Shown: positions 47,395 to 58,293, counted from the stretch's first letter. The stretch: DNA of 64,000 bases from Sedimentisphaerales bacterium (GCA_040772485.1 JAXGYC010000009.1:64001-128000), one strand, 5' to 3'. Notes: a model not told the origin generated them from the letters alone. A program made the numbers and translations.

Positions 47395-47781
47395 ATGAAT
47401 AGAACTGCAAGACGAGCCCTCTTCTGGACGCCGAGGGTTCTGTGCATTCTTTTCGCGATGTTCTTGAGTCTGTTTGCCCTGGATGTATTCGGCGAAGGGG
47501 GTGGCTTCTGGGAAACGGCGGGTGCCCTGATACTTCACCTCGTCCCTGTGTACATCGTCGTCATCGTGCTGGTTGTTGCATGGCGGTGGGAGTGGGTGGG
47601 AGCGATCCTCTTCAACGCTCTGGCCTTGGTCTATGTGGTCATGATGTGGGGACGTTTTCCTCTGGCAACCTACCTGTGCATCTCCGGCCCCCTCGTATCC
47701 GTGGGGGTCCTCTTTCTATTCAACTGGATCTACAGAGCCCAGCTACGAACCCGGCCCTCGCCGCCTGACCTGAAAGGATAG
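47395..47781 (+). CDS. Four-TM hypothetical membrane protein
   Basis: WTPRVLCILF..FLSLFALDVF, HLVP, AWRWEWVG. Confidence 0.75.
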   Translation: MNRTARRALFWTPRVLCILFAMFLSLFALDVFGEGGGFWETAGALILHLVPVYIVVIVLVVAWRWEWVGAILFNALALVYVVMMWGRFPLATYLCISGPLVSVGVLFLFNWIYRAQLRTRPSPPDLKG

Positions 47782-47886
47782 AGCCAGGGAGTTGGTGTGC
47801 GGTGCACACCCTACGACCGCTGTCCGGCCCTTGCACGCGCAGGACATCGCGGCCGATCTGAAGGAATCGCGCACAGGGCAACAGCG

Positions 47887-49389
47887 CTAGCGCTCCTGGA
47901 CGACCTGCCTCAGTTTTCTGGCGACCCTGGGAAGGAATCCACGCAGCCCCGGATACCGGTTGATCGGGTGCCTGTTGAGTTCGGGCCATCGGGAGCGAAC
48001 GAGATCGGGGACCAGCCGCCGACGCCTTCGATACTCGACGGGCAGATGCACCATCGCGTCGACGACATCGCGATGGTTGAAGGGCCAGATGATGAGGAGG
48101 TCGTGCACATGCCCGTACAATTGCGGACCGCCCCAGCAGCCAAGCTGCTGCTCCAGGTACAGCAAGTCCAGAATCGTGAAGGCATTGTCACAGGGGATGC
48201 CCGCGAGCCATTTCTCGCATTCGCGGACGACCAGATCGCACGCCGGAAGGTTGATGCGTTCGACCAGGTCTCGGGCGGACAGGCGGGCGTCCTCGCGATC
48301 GCTGGAGCGCCAGTAGTACGGGCGTCCGAGTTCGCCCATCACGCCATTGATGGAGATCACTTGGGGAGATGGGTGTCGGCCACAGCGAACCCCGCGCATG
48401 GTCCGTCCGGCCACAGCGCACGATCCCGTCCGATACAGCCATTCCTGGATATCCTCTTCGCTTGCCTCAATCCAGTCGAAGATCTCGTGTTTCAGGCCGT
48501 GTCGGCGAGCGATCCTGCCTGCAATGTCACAATCGAGTTCGGCCTTGGGGTCGGGGATCCTCAGCGTGCCGAATTCGATCTTGTGACGGACGTGGCGGGC
48601 GCACGCCAGCAGGACGCGTGTATCGTGGCCTGCCGTCAGACTCATGGTGGTCGGACCGTGTCTGACCACGGCGGCGATCGTACGCTCGATCCTCGATGCG
48701 ATTCTCTCCACCTGAGCGCCAACCTGGTCCGGCGGCACGAATGCCGGCTGGCCGGTCGGCCAGTGTCGGACGGTCTTCCACGTGGCCAGGTCGAGATAGT
48801 GATTGGGGAGAACCCGGTGGACATCGACTCGCGGCGTCAACCCGAACGTATACCACCCGTCCTTCGCGGGGATATCCAAGAGGCGCGCCAACTCCTCGTG
48901 GTCGCGCGTGGACGGGCGACGCGGAACCAGCGAGAGGGTGGAACAGACCACATGTTGTTCCGGGCAATACACGGCCGCCAGGCTGGCCGCCGGATCGACA
49001 TGGAATCGCGATCCGCGCGCCGTAAGCACCACTGCCGCCCAGCGTCCCGCCAGGGTGTACAGATATTGCTCGACGTCCTCCATGATGGATGCGGCCGTCG
49101 CCCGCACCGGCACGGCGCACTTCTGATCGATGAATTCGCCGCTGCCGTCAATGGCGTAGCCGACGAGCCATCCAATCTGCACGGCATCCGCTGTGTACAT
49201 GGGAACGACAGGGAGTCCCTGATCGCGGAGCGTGCCGATCCACCAGCGGTCCTGATGGAATGTCTCCCAGTCCGGCGGGAGAAGATCGGGGGTGTCAGAT
49301 ACGACGAACTGTTTGGCAAGAGTGAACATCTTCAGCGATCCTGTAGCAGGCACCGATTCGGCTATTTCGCCTTTAGGCAGAGGCATCAT
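47887..49389 (-). CDS. Asparagine-synthetase-like (adenine nucleotide alpha-hydrolase fold) protein
   Basis: LAGRW...DPAAS N-part; SLTAGHDTRVLLA PP-loop-like; GVMGE; PFNHR. Confidence 0.6.
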   Translation of the reverse strand: MMPLPKGEIAESVPATGSLKMFTLAKQFVVSDTPDLLPPDWETFHQDRWWIGTLRDQGLPVVPMYTADAVQIGWLVGYAIDGSGEFIDQKCAVPVRATAASIMEDVEQYLYTLAGRWAAVVLTARGSRFHVDPAASLAAVYCPEQHVVCSTLSLVPRRPSTRDHEELARLLDIPAKDGWYTFGLTPRVDVHRVLPNHYLDLATWKTVRHWPTGQPAFVPPDQVGAQVERIASRIERTIAAVVRHGPTTMSLTAGHDTRVLLACARHVRHKIEFGTLRIPDPKAELDCDIAGRIARRHGLKHEIFDWIEASEEDIQEWLYRTGSCAVAGRTMRGVRCGRHPSPQVISINGVMGELGRPYYWRSSDREDARLSARDLVERINLPACDLVVRECEKWLAGIPCDNAFTILDLLYLEQQLGCWGGPQLYGHVHDLLIIWPFNHRDVVDAMVHLPVEYRRRRRLVPDLVRSRWPELNRHPINRYPGLRGFLPRVARKLRQVVQER

Positions 49390-49825
49390 CTGTGTTCTTC
49401 CCCCATGCTGCGTCTTCATTCGGCCCGCAGTGTTTCCATTCTGTCCGTATATCGGCCAAAGAGGAGGGCGCGACAAGGAAAAACCTGCATCCGGTGCGCA
49501 GAGAATGGGGTTCGTCCGCCATCGGAAACGCCTCACCCCCCTCCGGGCAACATCACCCTTTCTTCGCCACGGCGTTGTGTATGGCAGCGCCACACGCCCT
49601 CACGGACGCCCTGAGAATGGACAAGGGCTTTGCGCGTGCGACTTGGCAGAGAGGCTGTTCACTGTCGTCATGACCTTTGGTTCCGATAACTCGGCACACC
49701 AGTCTCGCAGGGTGTGCACCGCACGCCGCATCCCGGAATAGAACGGGGCCCATGCCGACCGTGGCATGGGCCCCATAGCAATCCAAACACCTTTCGCCTG
49801 CCGTCAATGGCGGGCGGTGACGCTG

Positions 49826-52800
49826 TTACAGCAGACCGGCCAGTGCGGCAACTTCCTCAGCCGACAGCGCTCGGTCGTAGATACGAACTTCATCCATCAA
49901 GCCGGGCATCTCGCGCTGGAGGTCGCCGCCGCTGTTCCAGGCGCCCAGGGCCGCACCACCGAGAACCACGCTCAGCGGCGCTGCAAGGGCTCGGCTGTCT
50001 TCCAGTTGGCCGTTCAGATAGATGGCCGCCTCGGTCTCCGAGATGGTCAGGACCATATGGCTCCACACGGCCGGCATGACCGTCGTGACGCCCTGGAGAT
50101 CGCCGTCGTCCAGGCCGTTGATCCCCGCGTTGGCCGCCGCGTAGCTGAGCTTGAAGTGCACAGCGCCGTCCGTCCAGTCGTTCGTGTTCATGCCGCCGGC
50201 GAACTGCACGCCGGTCAGGTCCGCAGCAGCGAAGACCCACATCGAGTAGCTGCCCTGGCTGAAGAACGCGCCTTCTCCACCCATCCGGGGGATATCGACC
50301 GCGTCGTCATCGCCATCCAGGACCAGAACGCCGTCCAGGATCGTGGCGTCGCCAAGAAGGGTCCCGTCGTAGCCGTTGCCCGTGGCATCGGCGGCATCCG
50401 CATCGAAGGGATAGTGGGCCAGGAGACCCACGGCCAGCGGATCTTCCGGCTCTTCCGGCTCTTCCGGCTCGATGAGCATGTACGCGACCGCGTTCAGGAA
50501 CATCTGCGCGCCGTCTGCATACAGGTCGTACATGCCCGCCGTCTCCGAGTTGATGCCATCGGCTTCGCGACCGCCGGTGAGGAACAGCAGCCGGCGATTG
50601 CCCAGCACGTCGTTGCCGGCTCCGCCGTCATGCGTCAGCGTGGCGCCGGCGGGGTATTCCGCGATCAGCACGGCCCCGGCAGGAACACTGCCCGAGTCCG
50701 CCGAAAGCGTGGCCAGAACCGTGGCCTCGTCATCCACCGGCTCGGTGACGACGGAGATGCCCCGCGCCAGAGTCCCATCGGCATACGAGACCACGCCGGC
50801 ATATGGATTGGCCATGACGCCGTCCACCAGCTCGATCCCCGCAAAGAGGGGGTGCGCCGGATCGGCGACCGCCAGCGCGATGTCCCCGGCGATGTCCGGG
50901 ATCGTGCTGCCGGTGTAGTAACCCATGCGGCTCTTCCTGGCGGTGTAACCGTTCAGGACGATCATCGGCGTCGTGACGCCGTTCCACCTGCCGGCGGCAT
51001 CATTCTGGAAGCTGCCGCTGGCCACCGAGCGGCTGATGATCACCAGGTCGGCCGCGTTGACCACGTTCACGTCGGGCGTGCCCGTCTGCACGTAGCGCAC
51101 CACGTCGTAGCCGGCGCCCTTGAGCAGATCGGTATACCCCTTGTCGGCCGCCACGGTGAAGCCGGCGCCGGCCGCTCCGGCCGACGGCGCATCATCCGCG
51201 CCATGGAAGGAAACCCAGACCACCGTTCCCTTGGAAGGTACCGGCACGCCGATCAGCTCGACCTCGGCGATCTGCATGCTGTTGGCCGAAGCCGCGTCGC
51301 GCACGGCCGGGAACAGGATTTGATAGTGCCGGTACACGGTCGAATTCTCGAACGTGATCGGCGTCGCGTTCATGGTGAACCGCGGCCAGGCATCGACCTG
51401 GTTGAAATCGGCGACTTCGCCGGCGGCGATCAGTTCGTACGGTCCATCGATCGTCCCGTTGGAGCCGTACAGCTCGAACTGGATCGGGTCGCGCTCCACG
51501 GCGTCGTTGGCCGTGGTCAGCGTCAGACCCGTGACCAGCGTCGCGCCGAGGGCCGGCGTGACCTGGAACCCGGTCGGCTCGGTCTCGCCCTTGAAGTGCA
51601 GGTACTTCGTGTTCGCGTCATTGTCGATCACCAGGTTGGGCGTCTCGGCGCCGGGCCAATCTCCATCGTTCGGCACGCCTTGAACCACGTCGCCGGCGCC
51701 GGTGATGTCCGACGCGCCCTTCTGGAAGTACGCGTCGGCGTTCAGGCGAATCTCGCCCAAGGTCAGAGCGCGATCGTAGATCGCCACGCCGAAGATCTCG
51801 CCGTCGAAGTCATCGAAGAAGGGATCCGCGCCCTCGCGATCCTGGGCGCCGTAGCCGATGCCGACCATGCCCGACAGGAGGATCGCCGCATCGACGCTCG
51901 CCTGATAGACGCCGTTGACATAGAGGGCCGTTGTTCCGGCGGCCTCACTGGCGACGAAGACCAGATGAGTCGGCACGCCCGGATTGGTGGCCACGCCATA
52001 GTCGTAGTCGGCCACGCCGAAGGCGGTCGCGCCGTAGGTCCCGGTGTTGTTCCACTGCTCGTACTTGAGTCCCATCTCGGTGTCGCCGAAATCTCTGCGA
52101 CCGATCAGGCACATGCTGGCCTGCGTCTCGTCCGGATTGCTCTGGACGACGAACTCATAGGTCATCTCGCCGCCGAAAGCGCCGATGTCATAGACGCCGT
52201 CCGCGACGTTGGTCGCAAAGTAACCCGGCTCGGCTGCCGTGGCGGCATTTTCCCAGGCCGCCAGCGCCGCGGCGGCAGGGCCGCCCATGATCGCCACGAT
52301 CTCCTCTTCGGCCAGGGCCCGGCTGTACACCTGGGCCTCATCCACGGTGCCCGTAAAATACTGGGTGGCAGCCGCGGCATGTCTTCCGAGTTTCAAGCTG
52401 TTGACCTCGCTGGCGGCCGGCCCGGTCGGAGCGTCGTTCGTCGAGATCAACACGCCGTTCGTATAGGCCTTCAGGTCCTCTCCATCATACGTTCCCGCCA
52501 GATGATACCAGGTCTCGCCATCGAGCGCGCCAAAGCTGGCACCGTGCCAGCCCCCGGCACTCAGACCAACCGCGCCGCGGAACGCATCCTGGGTATGATT
52601 CCAGTTGATCTGGAAATTGGCCTCGCGGTGAATGGGCCCGCTGGGGGTCGCGTTTGCCGGGGCGACCGGGCTCTTGACCCAGATGCTGACCGTGAAGTTG
52701 GCCAGGTTGTCCACCATGCCGGTGTCGACGTAGTCGTCACCGTCGAATTCCAGGGCCGTACCGAACACGCCGGGGACCCAGTTGGGATCGCCGAAGAACG

Positions 52801-52972
52801 CGCCGTCAAAGCCGTTGCCGCTGGCGTCGGCCGTCAGCACGCCTTCGCCCTCGTCCAGCGGCCAGTAGCCGACCAGGGCGTCGTCCTCCAGGAAATTCCA
52901 CGCGCCCAGCGCGCTGCCCTGCACCAGGGCCAATACCACCAGACTGACAAAGCAAGCACATCGTCTCCACAT
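49826..52972 (-). CDS. Secreted multidomain LamG-like jellyroll protein (paralog A)
   Basis: GGAGG RBS, signal peptide; LVGYWPLDEGEG, WYHLAGTYDG, DEVRIYDRALS; discoidin-like QIAEVEL module. Confidence 0.88.
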   Translation of the reverse strand: MWRRCACFVSLVVLALVQGSALGAWNFLEDDALVGYWPLDEGEGVLTADASGNGFDGAFFGDPNWVPGVFGTALEFDGDDYVDTGMVDNLANFTVSIWVKSPVAPANATPSGPIHREANFQINWNHTQDAFRGAVGLSAGGWHGASFGALDGETWYHLAGTYDGEDLKAYTNGVLISTNDAPTGPAASEVNSLKLGRHAAAATQYFTGTVDEAQVYSRALAEEEIVAIMGGPAAAALAAWENAATAAEPGYFATNVADGVYDIGAFGGEMTYEFVVQSNPDETQASMCLIGRRDFGDTEMGLKYEQWNNTGTYGATAFGVADYDYGVATNPGVPTHLVFVASEAAGTTALYVNGVYQASVDAAILLSGMVGIGYGAQDREGADPFFDDFDGEIFGVAIYDRALTLGEIRLNADAYFQKGASDITGAGDVVQGVPNDGDWPGAETPNLVIDNDANTKYLHFKGETEPTGFQVTPALGATLVTGLTLTTANDAVERDPIQFELYGSNGTIDGPYELIAAGEVADFNQVDAWPRFTMNATPITFENSTVYRHYQILFPAVRDAASANSMQIAEVELIGVPVPSKGTVVWVSFHGADDAPSAGAAGAGFTVAADKGYTDLLKGAGYDVVRYVQTGTPDVNVVNAADLVIISRSVASGSFQNDAAGRWNGVTTPMIVLNGYTARKSRMGYYTGSTIPDIAGDIALAVADPAHPLFAGIELVDGVMANPYAGVVSYADGTLARGISVVTEPVDDEATVLATLSADSGSVPAGAVLIAEYPAGATLTHDGGAGNDVLGNRRLLFLTGGREADGINSETAGMYDLYADGAQMFLNAVAYMLIEPEEPEEPEDPLAVGLLAHYPFDADAADATGNGYDGTLLGDATILDGVLVLDGDDDAVDIPRMGGEGAFFSQGSYSMWVFAAADLTGVQFAGGMNTNDWTDGAVHFKLSYAAANAGINGLDDGDLQGVTTVMPAVWSHMVLTISETEAAIYLNGQLEDSRALAAPLSVVLGGAALGAWNSGGDLQREMPGLMDEVRIYDRALSAEEVAALAGLL

Positions 52973-53266
52973 AACACACCTCCGTCGCACAGGAATGCTA
53001 CCAAGGCGATCCGACCACACGTCGGAACCCGCGTCCCTCCCCATAGACTTTGCCGTTCTTTTCATCGCCGCCCCTTCAATAGACAGACTTCGAGCTGGAA
53101 CGCTGATAAGTCGGCCCTTACCTCCGGCGTATCACCTCCTTTCCCTGGGTGGGGTGCTTCAGACATGCGGCGTGGGTCTGCGACGGGTCTATCCATGGTG
53201 CAAAGCCGTCGGGACCGCATGTTCCACCCTGCCTTACCGTCGGACATTACCTCGCTGCGAGGGGGG
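52973..53266 (-). repeat. ~290-bp upstream/leader region duplicated at 56358-56651
   Basis: Near-identical sequence; weaker similarity continues ~180 bp further upstream. Confidence 0.9.
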
Positions 53267-53663
53267 TAGGGAAGAATTGAGACGCGGAAAGCCCTATCCT
53301 GTACCCATGCCGCACGATCCACATGGGCGGAAAGCCTGCCGTCCTTTTTCCCACCTCACAGAGCGCACAAACCTGGAAACCTCACCCATTATAGGATCAT
53401 GCCCCCCTCAAAGCAAGCCCTATATTCCCCGATCCTCCCAGATTCCAAAATTCCCGCGCCGGCCCTGCCGGGCGGGGGGAGAAGGGCCTACGATGGGCTG
53501 TAGGATGGGCTTGCAGCCCATGCGGCATCAATCCCGGTTTTCGCGAGATACGAGATTCGAGATACGCCCCGGGTGCGAACGGCCGCAGGATGGGCTTGGA
53601 GCCCATGCGGCGCTTTGCCCGTTCGGCGGGGCCGTCAGTGCGCAACCCGTCAAGAGGCTCCAC

Positions 53664-53697
53664 AAAAGGCGAAGGGGCCATTTACGGCCCCTTCACC
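53664..53697 (-). terminator. Rho-independent terminator after LamG paralog B
   Basis: GGTGAAGGGGCC-N6-GGCCCCTTCGCC followed by TTTT. Confidence 0.7.
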
Positions 53698-53819
53698 GGA
53701 TAGACCTTTTGCCTGCCCGACTCGCAGACAGGCTCAGCCCACCAAAGAGAGGGCTGCAAGCGTTTGCACACAACCCGCAATGTTGCCCTGACTGACCTTT
53801 TCGACTCTTCCGAAGCGCC

Positions 53820-56357
53820 TCAGTTGGTCACCGACAGATAGTCGACATCAAACGCCGTGACCGCACCGGTTCCGGAGGAGCCGAAGGCGATGTAACCGTA
53901 GTCCTTCTCCGTCCCGGTTCCCGCGGTGACCTCGAACGATTGCACCGCCTCGCCGTTGACCGATACGGTAACGACGTGCGTACCGGCGCCGCCCGCGACG
54001 ATATCGATCACGATACTGTTCCAGGCGGTTGCATCGGCGATGGCAAGTACATTCGCCACTCCGGCATCTCCTGTGTCCACGTCGCCCGACGGCTCCGTGC
54101 CTACGAGGTTGTTCATAACCAGGGCATCGGTCTCCAGACCTGCGATCTCGCCGGCTTTGGCCAGAGAGAAGGAGATGACCTGGCTGCCGTCCGAGACACC
54201 GATCATGCCTTTGCCATTGTCGCGGATATGGTAGCCGATACCCGCCTCCGGCCAGGGCGATGTTTCCGCTCCGCCATCCGGATGCAGATCGTCCAGTCCG
54301 GCGCCGGTCGCCACACGGACGGCGACCTCCAGGTGTGCACCGTCGAGACTGGCACAGATCGGGTGGGTGAGATAAATCTTACGGTTGCTGGGGTCGGGCA
54401 TGCCGTAGTCCCTCGGGTCGCCCGTGTCCTGAACGCGCAGGAACGTGACATCCTCATCGACGATTGCCGCGACGCCACCCGGGCCGCCTTCACCGGGGCC
54501 GGTGCCGTCCCATGCGTCGGAGCCATTGTCGTGCTCCCACTGGTCGTCCAGGGCGCCGCCGTCGTACGTGTACCTCGGCAGGCACGGCACGCCGATCAGC
54601 TCGACCTCGGCGATCTGCATGCTGTTGGCCGAAGCCGGGTCGCGCACCGCCGGGAACAGGATCTGATAGTGTTGGTACGCGACCACGTTCTCAAACGCGA
54701 TCGGCGTCGCGTTCATGGTGAACCGCGGCCAGGCATCGACCTGATTGAAATCGGCCACTTCGCCGGAGGCGATCAGCGCATACGGTCCATCGATGCTCTC
54801 ATTGGAGCCGTAAAGCTCGAACGCAATCGGGTCGCGCTCCACGGCGTCGTTGGCGGTCGTCAGGGTCAGCCCCGTGACCACCGTCGCGCCGAGGGCCGGC
54901 GTGACCTGGAACCCGGTCGGCTCGGTCTCGCCCTTGAAGTGCAGGTACTTCGTGGCCACGTTGTCGTCGATCGCCAGATCGGGCGTCTCGGCGCCGGGCC
55001 AATCCCCGTCGTTCGGCACGCCCTGGACGGCGTCGCCGGCAGCGGTGATGTCCGACGGACCTTTTTCGAGGTATGTGTCGGCGTTCACGCGGATCTCGCC
55101 CTTGGATAGAGCGCGGTCGTAGATCGCCACGCCGAAGATCTCGCCGTCGAAGTCATCGAAGAAGGGATCCGCGCCCTCGCGATCCTGGGCGCCGTAGCCG
55201 ATGCCCACCAGGCCCGAGAGGGTGATGGCGGCCGCCACGCTGCCCTTGTAAGCGCCGTTGACGTACAGGTCCGTCGTGCCCGCCTCAGCGCTGGCGACGA
55301 AGACCAGATGGGTGAAGAGTCCGGGCGTGTTGGCCACACCGAAGTCATAGTCGGCCACGCCGAAGGCGGTCGCGCCATAGGTGCCGGTGTTGTTCCATTG
55401 CTCGTACTTGAGTCCCATCTCGGTGTCGCCGAAGTCTCTGCGGCCGATCAGGCACATGCTGGCCTGCTCCTCGTCGGGATTGCTTCGGACGAGGAACTCA
55501 TAGGTCATCTCGCCGCCGAAGACGCCGATGTCATAGAGCCCGTCCTCGACGTTGGTCGCGAAGAAGCCCGGCTTGCCTGCCATGGCGGCATCTTCCCAAG
55601 CCGCCAGAGTGGCCGGCGCCGGACCGCCCATGACGGCCTGAACCTGCTCCTGCGACAGCGCCCCATCGTAGGTGCGCACGTCGCTCATGAACCCCGCCCA
55701 GTTCTCGCCCTCCGCATTCTCGTTATCACCGCCGAAATAGAGCGGCTGCGGGAAGTCCAGCGCCTGGGTGATTGTCCCCGTGCCGGCCACCATGCCGTTG
55801 CGGTAGTAGGTCAACTGATCTGCGGTCTTGACGACGACGTGATGGAGCCACACGTCATTGGGAATGTCCTCGTATTCCATGTTGTCATCGCCGTTGCCGT
55901 TCATGTGCCACTCGAACTTGGTCGGCGTGAACTTGATGAACTGGCGGGGCACGAAGTCGACGGCATTCTCGTCCATGCGATTGCCGAGAATGATGTCGTT
56001 TTGTCCGTTGCCCGGCGCCTGCTTGGCCCAGAAGGCCCAGGTGAAGTCGTTTTCCAGCGTCATCTGCGGAATGCTGCCGGCACGAACATAGGCGCCGCTC
56101 GCCGTACCGTCAAAACTGATGACGGCGCCCAGGTCTGCGTCTTCGACCCAGACCGAGCCGTCCGTGCCGAGACCGTTGGCCGCGTTGTGGATCGTCCCGT
56201 CCACGCCGTTGCCGGACATATCGACCGCCGTCTCCCCGATGCCTTCGTTCAAAGGCCACCACCCCGCCAAATTGGGGTCGGCCGCTTCTGCTCCGCTGGC
56301 GAGAACCAGACTGAGCACCGCCACAAACGAAGCCCGACAAACCAATGTTCTCCACAT
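53820..56357 (-). CDS. Secreted multidomain LamG-like jellyroll protein (paralog B)
   Basis: Signal peptide; ADPNLAGWWPLNEG; central module nearly identical to paralog A. Confidence 0.88.
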   Translation of the reverse strand: MWRTLVCRASFVAVLSLVLASGAEAADPNLAGWWPLNEGIGETAVDMSGNGVDGTIHNAANGLGTDGSVWVEDADLGAVISFDGTASGAYVRAGSIPQMTLENDFTWAFWAKQAPGNGQNDIILGNRMDENAVDFVPRQFIKFTPTKFEWHMNGNGDDNMEYEDIPNDVWLHHVVVKTADQLTYYRNGMVAGTGTITQALDFPQPLYFGGDNENAEGENWAGFMSDVRTYDGALSQEQVQAVMGGPAPATLAAWEDAAMAGKPGFFATNVEDGLYDIGVFGGEMTYEFLVRSNPDEEQASMCLIGRRDFGDTEMGLKYEQWNNTGTYGATAFGVADYDFGVANTPGLFTHLVFVASAEAGTTDLYVNGAYKGSVAAAITLSGLVGIGYGAQDREGADPFFDDFDGEIFGVAIYDRALSKGEIRVNADTYLEKGPSDITAAGDAVQGVPNDGDWPGAETPDLAIDDNVATKYLHFKGETEPTGFQVTPALGATVVTGLTLTTANDAVERDPIAFELYGSNESIDGPYALIASGEVADFNQVDAWPRFTMNATPIAFENVVAYQHYQILFPAVRDPASANSMQIAEVELIGVPCLPRYTYDGGALDDQWEHDNGSDAWDGTGPGEGGPGGVAAIVDEDVTFLRVQDTGDPRDYGMPDPSNRKIYLTHPICASLDGAHLEVAVRVATGAGLDDLHPDGGAETSPWPEAGIGYHIRDNGKGMIGVSDGSQVISFSLAKAGEIAGLETDALVMNNLVGTEPSGDVDTGDAGVANVLAIADATAWNSIVIDIVAGGAGTHVVTVSVNGEAVQSFEVTAGTGTEKDYGYIAFGSSGTGAVTAFDVDYLSVTN

Positions 56358-56976
56358 GACACACCTCCGTCGCACACGAATGCTGCTCAGGCGATCCGAC
56401 CACACGTCGGAATCCGCGTTCCTCCCCATAGACTTTGCCGTTCTTTTCATTGCCGCCCCTTCAATAGACAGACTTCGAGCTGGAACGCTGATAAGTCGGC
56501 CCTTACCTCCGGCGTATCACCTCCTTTCCCTGGGCGGGGTGTCTGCGACATGCGGCGTGGGTCTGCGACGGGTCTATCCATGGTGCAAAGCCGTCGGGAC
56601 CGCATGTTCCACCCTGCCTTGCCGTTGGACACTACCTCACTGCGAGGGGGGACAGAGGAACAGAAGGCGACGGGTGTCGGAATGACCAGGAAACCACCGA
56701 GTACACCCTTCTTCCCACCTCACAGAGCGTACAAACCTGGAAACCTTATCCATTATAGGGTCATGCCCACCCCAGAGCAAGCCCATATTCCGCCACCCTC
56801 GGCAGATTGCGAAATTCCCGCCCCCGCCCCGGGCCGGTGAGAAGGGTGGGAACGTGCGAAGGGTGTGAAGGGACGAACGCGCGGGGGGCGCCCTGCGGTT
56901 CTCCACTCTGTATTCTGCGCGTGCGGCGAATGCTCCTGGCCGCCGGCGCTACTGCCGGTCGTGGGCTCTGCCGGGG

Positions 56977-58293
56977 TCAGCCGTTCAGGGTCCAGCCCTG
57001 GCGGTACTGCTTGCGGATGTACTGGTCGGCCTCGGGGCAATTGGTGGCCTTGAGGTTCTCGGCATCCCAATCGAGCTTCTGCCCGAGGCGATAGGCGACC
57101 AGCGCCAGCAGGTTGTTCTCGAGCAACGCGCCGGAATAGTCGAAGTTGCACAGCGGCGGCTTGCCGGTCTTGCACCCGATGATCCATTCCTCATGGTGTC
57201 CGGGCGAGGGCGGAATCAGATCGCCCGCCTTGGGGCAGTCGAAATGCGTCAGGTCGCCCATCGGCATCAGGATGCGGAAATCGTAGTCGCAGAGCAACCA
57301 GCCTTTTTCGCCCTGGAAGAGCACGCCCTTGAAGAGCTTCTCCCGATTGAATGCTTCGGACGGCATGCCCGGTTTCTTGCCGCCGTCGTACCAGTAGACC
57401 TTGACGGCCGGCCGCCAATCATTGGCAGGGTGGTCCCACTCGGCGGTCAGCCACTGGGGGCACGTGTCGGGGTTCAGCGGCGATCCCTCCGCCTGGCAGG
57501 TGGTCGGCAGACGAAGATCCAGGGCCCAGTACGCCATGTCCATCATGTGGCTTCCCATGTCGCCGATCTGGCCGCTGCCGAAGTCCCAGAAGCGGTTCCA
57601 GGCGAGGCACCCGCCGAAGTAGCCCGGATTGTACGGGTGCTCTGGCGCAGGGCCGATCCAGAGGTCCCAATGAAGGTGCTCCGGGACGGGTCCGGCGGCG
57701 GGCAGGTAGCTGCCCCCCTCGGGCGTGCGGCTGCACCAGACGTGGACTTTCTTGACGTCGCCGATCGCTCCCCGGCGGACCAGCTCCACCATCCGCCGGT
57801 AGTTGTCGCTGGCGTGAATCTGCGTGCCCATCTGGGTGGCGAGCTTGCCCTTGTTCTTGAGATAAGTCTGGCGGACGACATGCGCCTCATGGACGGAATT
57901 GGCCAGCGGCTTCTCGCAGTATACGTGCTTTCCCCGGTTCATCGCCCAGACATTGACGAAGGCGTGGGTGTGATCGGTGGTCGAGCACACGACGGCATCG
58001 ATGTCCTTCTGATCGAGGCACTTGCGCCAGTCGACGTACGTCCTGGCCTGCGGGAATTCCTGCGCCGCTTCGGCGAGATTCTTCTCATTGACATCGCAGA
58101 GGGCCACGATGTTCTCTTCTTTGACGCCGTTCAGATTGGCGTGGCCCCGCCCCCGGACGCCGATGACCGCGACGTTGAGCTTCTCGTTGGGGGAGTTACC
58201 AGCCTTGAGGATGCCTGATTTGAGGATGGTGACACCCGCCCCCACGGCAGCGCTGGTCTTCAGGAAGGTTCGGCGGTCGATTTGCGTGCTCAT
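56977..58293 (-). CDS. Gfo/Idh/MocA oxidoreductase with Tat signal
   Basis: DRRTFLK; VIGVRGRG; HVYCEKP; GDMGSH. Confidence 0.93.
   Translation of the reverse strand: MSTQIDRRTFLKTSAAVGAGVTILKSGILKAGNSPNEKLNVAVIGVRGRGHANLNGVKEENIVALCDVNEKNLAEAAQEFPQARTYVDWRKCLDQKDIDAVVCSTTDHTHAFVNVWAMNRGKHVYCEKPLANSVHEAHVVRQTYLKNKGKLATQMGTQIHASDNYRRMVELVRRGAIGDVKKVHVWCSRTPEGGSYLPAAGPVPEHLHWDLWIGPAPEHPYNPGYFGGCLAWNRFWDFGSGQIGDMGSHMMDMAYWALDLRLPTTCQAEGSPLNPDTCPQWLTAEWDHPANDWRPAVKVYWYDGGKKPGMPSEAFNREKLFKGVLFQGEKGWLLCDYDFRILMPMGDLTHFDCPKAGDLIPPSPGHHEEWIIGCKTGKPPLCNFDYSGALLENNLLALVAYRLGQKLDWDAENLKATNCPEADQYIRKQYRQGWTLNG

Noticed and set aside
53014..53064. c-di-GMP-I riboswitch resemblance (GGCAAA...GGGACGC on the minus strand)
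   Set aside because: No GNRA-capped P2 or receptor, and the second copy breaks the pairing
53124..53143. ATCACCTCCTTT as a 16S rRNA 3' end
   Set aside because: No flanking rRNA sequence; treated as an SD-like motif in the duplicated leader
49826..56650. Diversity-generating retroelement template/variable repeat pair
   Set aside because: No reverse transcriptase; both copies are coding and differences do not look adenine-specific
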